Part shown: positions 25,201 to 35,750 of the stretch, one piece after another
Layout of the letters: each line of letters opens with the position of its first letter
Position numbering within the stretch: the first letter of the stretch is position 1
From: Narcine bancroftii
Lineage: Eukaryota
Length of the DNA stretch: 64,000 bases
Direction: 5' to 3'
Assembly: GCF_036971445.1 (NCBI RefSeq)
Contig: NC_091469.1
Span: 421,476,001-421,540,000, forward strand
Made by a program: the position numbers and the translations under genes
Notes under the pieces: model-generated
Told to the model about the DNA's origin: nothing
Seen by the model: the letters and a program-made list of their open reading frames with translations, nothing else
The model's database searches: none

Positions 25201-26528
25201 TAACTAAAGATGGATTCGAGTTCGAGAGAAAAGGGGAATGATAAACTATTAAGTAGCACATTTGTTTTGGAAAGGGATTTGATGACTCAAAGCCTGAATA
25301 CATTTGAGCTTAACGCCCAGTTATCACCAATTAACCCGAGAGCCTGCAAAAGAGCAGTAACAACTTGTATCTGTCGCTTGACCATCCTCTAAGTACGACA
25401 GGCTGTTTGTATTTTTTTTGTGGTGAGTTACGCAATAAATGCAGCACTTTTACTCCAAATGGAAATGAATAACTCGGATTAGGTTGTCGTGTAAAAAAAA
25501 CTTCCAACATTATCGGGATTTCAGGAAGTGAATAATTATAACTGTAGTAAAAACTCCCTGGCGCTAATTCTTGCCGCCATTCATTTAACAAACCAATACA
25601 AAAAAGTCTGAGTCTTGGAAGGCAAATACAGTTAAATTATTCTTCGGCCTTTCACCGTGAGCAAATAGAAGGACACGATTCCTTTGGAATAGTAAGATTC
25701 CTAATGCTTTTTTTTTGGGGGGGGGTGGAATCCCCGAAGACAGATTAGATAGATTTAGTAGGATTCGAATGATTTGAGAATTTGCACAGAAAGGCCGAGT
25801 AGCTGCAAGTTTCGGCAGTGCCTGTCGTTAGTAAAATTCAGAGTGGTGTACTGCAATAAAAGAAAATGACTGTTGTAAGCGTTTATGGGGTGTAAAACGC
25901 TGGAGGTTAAGGGGCGAAGTACATAAACACGACACTGACGATCTAAGCATTCTTCATGTCTGGAGTAAACACGCGAAAAAAGTTTATGGTGATTCAAATA
26001 TTTTCATTTTGAAATTAACACAAGTTTGGACCTAGAAATTGCTTCATTTTAATTTCATGTGTTCAGTCTGGAGGGTTATAATGTTGTGACGCCCTCTGTT
26101 GTTGCACATAGAACTTCAAAGACTGAACAGGGAGACTTGCAGTAAAATAAAGGGTCTGGCAAGCCGTCTGGAATTCAGGTTTTAATGAGTTTACAACTGT
26201 CCAGCTACAATCAGTATTTTTCCAGGGAAGGCCATCCATTTGTTTTGTCTGGCTGCATAGACAAAAGGGTCTGCGGAAATAACGACCTTTATTAGTCTCG
26301 TCTCTAAGTGGGCCCCTCAGATATCGCTTTACCAATTTATTGCGTCTCGTGGAAAAATACCCGATATTTAGTTATTTTAAAGCTTGGTTTAAAACAGTTC
26401 ATATTCAATTTGATGTGCACCATAAAATACCCGATTAAAATTGATGTAGTTACTAAATTCAACACAGTTTAGGACAGCCCTTCTGAGCATATCGTCAGCG
26501 ATTTCTTCGTAGCAGGATCTCTTTACGG

Positions 26529-26542
26529 CCAGAAGATGGCAG
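26529..26542 (+). promoter_or_regulatory. CTCF site between HoxA9 and HoxA7 (CBS7|9-like)
   Basis: CCAGAAGATGGCAG, a full match to the CTCF core, with AGCAGGATC upstream-module-like sequence at 26511. Confidence 0.7.
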
Positions 26543-26673
26543 TATGATTCCACAAAAGAGTTTAAAAAGAGTGCCGCCAAGCGCCAAAAACTGTAATAAC
26601 TGCTCGAACCCCGGATTTATTTATTCCGTGGGTTGTAAATAGGATGAAAACGTTTGCAACAAATGATACTTGT

Positions 26674-26717
26674 AAATGTAACCCAACGCTTGGATTTCAC
26701 CAAATAAACAGGTGATG
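26674..26717. repeat. 44-bp direct repeat, copy 2
   Basis: Identical to 25157-25200. Confidence 0.9.
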
Positions 26718-28848
26718 GATATACATCAGCTCGTTTGCGAACGGATTAATTCCATTTCGCACAGGGTCTAAAAAAAACCCATCTGTACTTCAAAGTTTTT
26801 TTTTAAAATGACCAATAAGACCATTTAAATGATCGTTCACTCCTTTGCTCAGTCTTACTTTGCTGTTTGCAACAGTGGAAATCAATTAAAAATTAGTTGA
26901 AAACGAATATTTTATATCTGCACATAAAACCGGGCCTCTCAACGAGGATGCAAATGCACGCCAACAAATATAACACAAATGCAGACATACACCCATGAAT
27001 TACAGGCAGATGGGTGCATGTACATTGTAAATGGTGACTTTCTACGAACAGTGGGAGGAATCGAGTTAAATGTAGCACATTGTTGGCAAATCACATCTGT
27101 ATAATGAATTGTATAATGGAGTTGTAGTTAGACCTGATAATTCTTATCATATATTTTTAATATCAATCCCAATACCAGAAAAAAAGTCAGTTGCAGAATA
27201 AATTTTCCCAACGATACATATAATCTATATGGACATAGATGGCACTTGCTTAAACTGCAGGCAAACGAACTTTGATGAAATGTGATCGTTTTAATTTTAT
27301 GTAAAAGAATTTTCATAAGAGAATTGTGGAACAAACATTAATTCTGCTACTTATAGATAATTATGAAATGAGGATATCGCGAAATGCCCTATTAATGTAC
27401 CTAAGTTTTAAAATTATAATGAATTCTTTGATAACTCAATAAAATCTGACAATGGTAACCAAAAAATGTGATTTAAGAGGATACTCGTATATTTTTATAT
27501 ATTGTCACCTACATAATATTTTTATCGTTAGGTCAAACTGCGATATTTAAGCATGTAATTTTAAAGGGCGGTTTCGACAGGAACTCCCCCATATTGGTCT
27601 TGGAATAAATGAAACGGTGGTCCGTTTCAAAGAATGTTCAATTGTTAGAAGAATCCGGAAGATTTAAATAATATAAACCAAGTTTATTTTGAAAGTCAAA
27701 ATCGCACAAATTCTCTATTGGTAGCACATTTGTCTTTACCGTTTTGAACAAAAGCAGGACATGTCATCAAGATGAACTGCCTGTACATGGTTTCAAAAAC
27801 TGGTCGAACCACGATCACCTGAATGATAATTACTTCACGATATTTCCCCCCCCCCCCCCCCCACCCCCCCAAATTAGATCTGCGACATTTCATATCTTCG
27901 TTTCATATATCTATAATCGGATGAACATTCTTGCCACAACGTAACGAAGGTTTTCATTCCTTTCAATAAACTTCAGAAAGGTATGTGAAGTTTAATGGTC
28001 ATACAGTAGTCTCGAAACTACTGCAATTGTCTTGTAATGGAATTGATGTATATGTAATTAAAATATGATGACAGATATGATCTATATTATTATTCAATCT
28101 CATTTCAAATATATGCTGCGTGATCAAGCGCTGGTCACTGCAATGTCTACTGAAGTGTAAAAGTTCTCAGCTGCAGTTGAAGCAGGATCTGTTGCTGCGC
28201 AACACAATCTTAATGTTGAATAAAGTGTTTGCAAGCAGCTTCCAATAACATTCTAAATATCGAATGGAATACGATGGAAAAATGCTCATCGTTAAATAGA
28301 TGACCTTAGATCATATGAAATCTTGCCAAAATGTCTACAAAACGTTTTCACAATCCAAAATTATGAGTGTGTCCGTCTGCCTATCTGCCAGTCTGTCTGT
28401 CTGTCTGTTTGACTGTCTATCGACTTGATATTCATCGATTTTAAATGATTCCAGATCAAATATGGAGAAATGCTGGAATCTATAATAGCAGTATTGCTTC
28501 GACAACAGCAATATTTGTAATGCTTTATGAACATTTTTTTAAAATTCTAAAACATTCGGTAATATTTGCAGTTACGCGCATAGCATTTTATAATCATTAC
28601 ATTGTAATGTATACAAACTGTATCTCGCTTTCTTCGCTTCTGTATTTTCCTCAATCCGATCTCTTAAAGCGATGCTGCGTAAAATGCGTTTATAGATTGC
28701 TGGACATTTTTTTTTAAAAAAAGAAGTTGGCATCGTGACAAAATAAATAATATCAATATTTTACTCGCAAATTCACAATTTAATAATAGATAATGGAATA
28801 GCCGCATACCAATGATTTTGAACAGAATATTATAATGTCTCTATTTAA

Positions 28849-29990
28849 ATGAGCAGCTAGGTCCATGCGGATGCGGCGCCCAAATGGTAATCGAACGAAG
28901 CAACTAGAAATCCTGGGAATTCGAGAAATAACGTTTCAAATTGAACTAGACAAATAGCTTTGCCATTCCTTTTCCCTATTATTCAGAAATGGGAAAACGA
29001 AACTTCGAGGAACGTCATTGTTCATGACATAGATTTGATTTGAGTTAATAACATGCTTTTTGTTGTCTTTGAAGTGGAACAGCACGATTTTATTCCGTTG
29101 AATTACATCACTCTTTACTCAGTTACTCTCCTTCATTTATCTCGTGATTTTCGCGTTTTTCTCGGGGATCTACGATGCCTAATGTCAGAAGAATTGATAG
29201 CGGTTACACATTTTCAGCAAGAAATATTTAGACTTAGAGGATAGGATTTTTTTTCAAGTATTGTCTGGCCAGTGCCCGACAAATCTTTGCTATTTTCTTG
29301 ATTGATTTTAATTACACTTCTCATTTTTATGTTTAAATGTTCTTCTGGTGTCCCGTTGTTCTGCTAAAATCTTTCAAAACTCGAGTTTGGATTTATTTCA
29401 GGTTATTTGTGACGTGGGGCAAGTTTATAAATACAAAGTCACCTCTCATGCGGTTCCTGCGATATTTATAGTAGCATGCCGTTTCGTTTCAGGGGTGTTC
29501 AGGAAACGGGGAGATAACAGCTAGTTGAATAGACTGGGGGAATATCAACCAAATAAACCCTTCTTTAATGAGCAAAGGGCGAATCTAGTCCCGATTTAAA
29601 AAAAAACATCCTCACTGGTGGAACGCTTTACTGGTAGAAGTGGCGCTGCGACGGGCCAAAGAGACCCAGAATTTTAAAAAAAAACATTTAATAACACGAG
29701 AGATAATGCTTCCTAAAGGATCCCAGAACGTAAATGCAGAAACATATTTTATTTTATTCAACGTACCAGGTGCATCGTTGTAAAACTGGGTATCTGCCGG
29801 AAATGCAATGGCCCGGGATTCCTTGTTTACGAATAACATCGAACCAATGTGACTATTAATCTATTGCATTAAGGCAACTGTTCGGCTTAAAAGTAATGCC
29901 AAAGTAGAGTAAACCGTCGGAATTGCAAGAAAACTGGTTTCGGAGAGACCTTCCATGATCTGGCGAGAGAATTAAGAGACAGGAAAAAAA
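28849..29990 (+). pseudogene. Possible heavily decayed HoxA8 remnant
   Basis: Four weak motif matches in the correct order (N-terminus, hexapeptide, helix 1, helix 3 / C-terminus) at the position of the lost paralog-8 gene. See findings. Confidence 0.25.
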
Positions 29991-30894
29991 AGTTGTAAAG
30001 CAGAAAGAAGGAGGAAATGATGCCGGGTAAAATCCCCTGCGGGGATTTAGTCAGATTACTTAGCAACTCCAAGAGGTGGCCTGAGAATGGCTGTGGCATT
30101 GAAACAGCAGAGGAAACCGGTAGTTTACAAAATGAAATTATGCATTTCACTAAATCAATATGAAAACATCTTTTAATCCATAAAAAGATCGAGAGTTCAC
30201 AGCAAGAGCTGATGCCCCGCCCAATCCCCTTGCAGCGTTACTGCAATTCATTTGAGACTTTTTGCATTTCTCGTTTTCGCGAGAAACCGTGGAGATTATA
30301 CTGTAATCTAGAGATTAGATTATTTAAAACATTAATTCAATAGAAAGGCAGTAGCACAGGTCCCGGATCGCTCCCTTATCCCACCTCTCCCCAATTTCAT
30401 ACAAGATTTCATAATGCTGTGAACACAGCAAACTCTTCCACAGAGAGCACGGGGAACAATGGAAAGGCGCTTGTTTTATAATTGAAACCATTTAATTTTT
30501 TTTACAAGCAAACTGGATAAAACGTCTCTTAATGTTGATTTAATGTGACCACAGTTTTCCTTCTATGCATGAATGATGATTGTTCCTACCGACGTATCTC
30601 CGTTTTATTTGTATGGAAGAAAATCTTACATTACATTTCCAAATTTATCGGGCATCTCATTTTCAAAAGCGTTGGAGACATACCTGCGCCCTGAAAATCT
30701 TCACATATAGGCGAGGGGGGGGGGGGGGGGGCGGGGGGGGGGGGTTGGATTGTCAACATCTTATCACAATCTCCTTACTTTATAAAAGTTCCGCAAGCTA
30801 TCCATATTAATAATGTAATCTTCTGTATGATTCTTGCATAATTTATTTTGAAAATAGTCGAATAACACGATATTTACCACCTGTGATGTGAAAT

Positions 30895-31061
30895 ACTATT
30901 GGGTGACAGGATCACATGGTCAGGTCACGTGAATAGAAATAAGTCGGGCCGAAGGAAAATGGGTGCTTGGTGTAAATCGGGGGTGTAATGCTGCCATATA
31001 TCACGCTATCTCGTAAAACCGACACTGAAGAGTCTCGGCCAACAAATCACCAGACAAAATT
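30895..31061 (+). promoter_or_regulatory. HoxA7 proximal promoter / 5'UTR
   Basis: Inverted CCAAT (attgg), E-boxes CACATG and CACGTG, and a TCGTAAAA Hox/Cdx site before the ATG at 31062. Confidence 0.55.
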
Positions 31062-31455
31062 ATGAGTTCGTCGTATTATGTGAATGCTCTTTTTCCCAAA
31101 TATACGGCGGGGACGTCCGTTTTCCAGAACACGAGTGGCTTTACAGAAGCAACTTCTTGCGCTTTCACAGCGAACTCACAAAGATCGAGCTATGGAGCGG
31201 GCGCGAGCGCCTTCCCAACTCCGATGGCCGGGCTCTACAATGTTAACAGTGCAATCTATCACGGCCCTTCCATGTACAACACAGGTTATAACCTCAATTC
31301 AGATTCTTACAACCTGCGCTGCTCTGCCTTAGACCAGAACATTCCAGTACTTTGCAGCGAGCTGAGCAAACAGGGTTGCGAAAAATTGGATCAGACAAAC
31401 GTGCACCCTCAAGCAGAGAACAATTTCCGGATTTACCCCTGGATGAGGAATGCAG
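31062..31455 (+). CDS. hoxa7: HoxA7 exon 1
   Basis: MSSSYYVNALFPKY N-terminus and NFRIYPWMR hexapeptide. Donor GCAG|gtatg, phase 1. Confidence 0.94.
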
Positions 31456-32337
31456 GTATGGGACATCAATGTAACATGGCTACGGGAGACGTGCAAACGG
31501 CCAGTTAAGATGAGTGCCAGCACATCCTGAACGTAGTTAAAGAGTTTTAATGATAGCTACGGAACAGTTCCTCAAACGCATGCAGATAGCAATCATAAAA
31601 CTTTTATTGCACAATTAATCAGTACAAACCTCGTAAAAGAACTCGACATCCGCTCATTTAAAGTTAACTGCAAGCCACATATTGCTTATTTACTCACTTC
31701 TGTGAACATCAAATAAGCTTTTTTTAACTTATACGCGAGAAACAATATGTGGTGGAGTGGTTGGAATATTATATTCCATGTCTAATGTAAATTTGCGGAT
31801 AAAATACTGCCGGGAGACTGAAGATTTTTCTTTTTACCTTTAAGAACGATGCTTTGACCCCTGTAAAGCTTCAACTCTTACAGGCGTGGGCTCGCACAAT
31901 TTTAGTACCATTATGCAAGTGTTCTGCCCAGAAAAGCGGATTTGTCTGATTCTGTTGGTGTTGAACAAGCTAACACACTTGAAGAATCTTAAATAGAAGT
32001 TTATGACTTAATTTACCTGTCATTTCTGTGTCTGGGCAACTAGCATTAGTACCCTTTATCTTGAGTGAAATGGGGAGAGAACCCTGTTAGTTCACTGAAG
32101 ATAAAAAAAAACAAGACCATAGAGGCCGTCCATGAACCTAATGAAATATTCTTGCACTTTAAATACATAGATGGAAGAAGAAAACGCTTCGATCATTTAC
32201 ATCTTAAGGCAGCTCGATGTTATTTAAAAACTATGTTTAGTCCAATGTAATGAATTGTGAAGTAAACGAGTTAAAGTTGGAGAGTCCAACAGATTGGCCA
32301 GATTATTTATGTTTACTAATTACTGAATTTTATTTGA

Positions 32338-32619
<282 letters not shown>

Positions 32620-32667
32620 ACTGTGCGAATTAATAAGCTGTTTTCCAACAGCCAACTGTGACATTTG

Positions 32668-33679
32668 ACTACCTAGCCACAGTGGTGGACTATCAAAACA
32701 TGCTGTACAGTGGCACTCATTATACTACCTATATGTTTCAATAATCTTCTGAAATAAATAACAATCTTGCATTGTCTGATTTGGTTTTAATAATAAAAAA
32801 TCCCAAATCTTTGTCGGCAGTGGTAAAATCATTGTATGAATTGGGTTGAGAATACATTCTTTCAATATGAAAGTGAAAACCAATAGTTGTAGACTTTTTG
32901 CCCGGTGGTGAACCATAGATATTTCCCGAGCTAATCTGAAAACTTCTTATTGCAATAAAAATATTGAAGAGAATATAATTCCAAACCCTGTACTGCACGT
33001 AAATAAGGGAATGGGGTTCCGACTCTGGGTCTCTGATGGTGAAGCAAGAGGAACAGTATGAGCCGAAAGAAAACAAAGTGTAGCCATTGTTAGATTTAAC
33101 TCATTTACGACTATGTGATATAAGATATATCTCATGCACTGAGCCATTTATCAAACTTATTTTATCTTTAACATTTCAAATTCTAAACACTTTTAAACAT
33201 TTCTTCCTACTTTTCACAAAATAAGAACATTGTGATTTTATGAGCTCATTTCCAATCCAATCAGAATCAAAGTATTCCAGCCACTTTATAATGCAATAGA
33301 TAAACTGATAGAAAACTAAATCATGAGTAATAATTTCTGCTGAATTCCTCATTTTTATCTTCATTGTGTATTGTGTTTCGAATATGTCTTTATTTCATAT
33401 ATGTACCGTTCCACTAAGGGTACAAAGCAATGTTTTGTTTTCACTTGACAATTAAATGTAACTACCTAAACCACAATTGTGGATACCTTGCACGTTTATA
33501 GAAACTACCTAAATGTTTTAATTTAAAAATTGTTTCTAGACAGAGAATGTTATTCTGGAGTCTTGACTTTTCGACTTTCTTATAACAGTACAATAATATG
33601 ACAGTAAAATAGTGAAATATATTCCGATGTGTGTATTTTAATGAGGTGCGTATTACAGGAAAATAGTGAATACTACCTA
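32668..33679 (+). promoter_or_regulatory. Cluster of five miR-196 8mer target sites downstream of the HoxA7 stop
   Basis: ACTACCTA at 32668, 32724, 33461, 33504 and 33672. Confidence 0.8.
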
Positions 33680-34264
33680 GATGCCGTTTACGTTTAACGC
33701 GAATGGAATCCTTTTGCATACGCTTCAATACGATGCTGTCAAAGCAAAATAGTTGTATTAGGAGGAAGAAATTGCATTATTACTTTTTGATGGTGTCATG
33801 AAAATATATACTTGTTATAGATTTCAATAAACGATGTAATATTGAATGATGTAATCGTGGTTCTTTAAGTGTTGTATCAGTTGTCTTAGACATGTGTACT
33901 GTTTAAATTATAAAAAAAAAATGTAATAACCAAATGTAATAATAGAAAACCCGAAATACATCGTCAACTGAATATATTGTTGTTCCATATTCGGTGTCGT
34001 ATTCGTCAATCGAAAGTTTGCTTTGTAATCTGTGTATGCGTTGTTCAACAATAACCGATGTTTTAAGTTCAAGGTGCAATCTATTTAAATATATATACAT
34101 ATATATATATATATATTCGTTCACGACATGTATACTTTGAATGGAGACTGTAAGAAAAATCAAAATCATTAAACGGTGCTTGAATAAAATGGTCTTGGTT
34201 TCTTGACTCACCCAAACGTTTACCACCAAATGAGTGGCTAGATAGTTCATTATAAAAGTACGGG

Positions 34265-34311
34265 TTAGATAATGACCCAATAGAAATTTTAGATAATGAC
34301 CAATAGAAATT
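34265..34311. repeat. Tandem duplication, 2 x 23-24 bp
   Basis: ttagataatgac(c)caatagaaatt occurs twice. Confidence 0.85.
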
Positions 34312-34327
34312 AAATATAGACCATTTA

Positions 34328-34435
34328 ATCCTACATCCACCGTACTCCATCCTACATTCACCGTGTCCCATCCTACATTCACCGTCCCCCATCCTACATT
34401 CACCGTCCCCCATCCTACATTCACCGTCCCCCATC
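34328..34435. repeat. Minisatellite, 5 x 21 bp
   Basis: Unit atcctacattcaccgtccccc. The first two copies are slightly diverged and the last three are identical. Confidence 0.95.
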
Positions 34436-35174
34436 ATCGCCCAATAAAATGAAACATAACTTTAGCCTCCCCGATTGGTAATATCTATAGTAATTAAAAC
34501 CCACGAAAGAAAATAAAATCGATGGTTAATGCCATAAAATTGTGATTATACTTGACCAATTTTTTAATGAGAATAAAAATATTCAAACGGGATGCATTCG
34601 AATTGGGAGGAATCTGGGTAAAAGTTACAACGGAGCAATTAGCATTCGATTCCGAATCGTGCTCATTTTTCGATTTGCGTGCATTGGAGGAAAACTTTAA
34701 AACTGACACAATGTTGTTTTCAGTTTGAGTATAAAATATAAATTAAAAACTGGGAGAAAGCCGAGTGCTCTGACATCGACGACCTTTGAACGAATTTTCG
34801 GACAAGTGCACCTTTCTATGATGCGGATGCAGTGCGGGAGTTCAACCTGAAGCTAAACCACACTCTATGGGCGAGCCAGTGTTCATTTTCCAATGTAGGA
34901 TACTTATGGAAATTAGAAAATTGGAAATAAATTATGGTTAGAAAGCAGCGATTAAACGTTCACCGACTTTATGCGCTTTAATAACGCACTGCGGAAAAAT
35001 ACAACAGATCTATTTTCAATAACTAGAAATTATGAATAGATATTATTACACGATGAGTTATTTTCAGAAACTAAAAAAATATACATTTAAACTGTGGGAA
35101 AAAATCTTTTATAATTTGGTAATTTTAACTTGTCTCTTTGTTAAAAATGGCGTCTTGGACCTGCCTCCTCTAAT

Positions 35175-35750
35175 AGTCATGGGGAAATGTCATAAATCCG
35201 TTGTTGTTTTATGAAAATTTACAACTTTGCAATAGAACTTTACGAGTTGTTCGGTTTTTCCATTGGCCGCTGAAAGTCATGTGGAGAGTAACCGTGAACA
35301 TGAACTTTTTATAATTTCCCTTGCGACTATAGAGCTGCATTCTTGTGCTAAACGCGTCTTGGTTCGGATGTGAGAGCTTGGAGGATTTTTTCCGACGCCT
35401 ATTTTGTTCTTTTTTACCCCTCCCAGCGCACTGATTATGGCCCATGGAGTCTCAATACATCCCAGCTTTCAGCACAGATCTAATGGCTGGCAACCACGAA
35501 TTCCTCCACAGAAGGTGGAGCATTGGACTAAAAAGAGCCGTCTGCTATCCACAGAGCAGTTTCCTGCAAGTCGTCACTAAACGCCGCTGGCGGGATGCGA
35601 GAGCCATTGGCTTGGGCTGGAGCTGAACGGACAGCTGTCAAACTGACACGGACTCTACAAGCACGGATTCTCACTGGGGCTGAGTAAATCCTGAGCATGG
35701 CCTGTGCAGAGCCCGGGAAAGCTCGCCCGAGAGATCGATGCAGCGACAAG
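35175..35750 (+). promoter_or_regulatory. Putative distal promoter and first exon between HoxA7 and HoxA6
   Basis: Dense CATAAA/TTTATG/TTTACG sites, inverted CCAAT (cattggc), CATGTG E-box and TTTTATAA. A GC-richer stretch follows and ends in the strong donor GACAAG|gtaagg at 35750. Confidence 0.5.

Noticed and set aside
27788-27805. TGGTTTCAAAAA (WFQK) as a homeobox remnant
   Set aside because: It is an isolated match, and the flanks show no helix-2/3 similarity.
34328-34435. CRISPR-like appearance of the tandem units
   Set aside because: The units are contiguous with no unique spacers, and this is vertebrate DNA.
33903-34437. Minus-strand ORFs of 173 aa and 118 aa with repeated VNVGWGT / MGDGECR peptides
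   Set aside because: The peptide repeats come from the 21-bp minisatellite, and the rest is low-complexity AT-rich translation with no domain.
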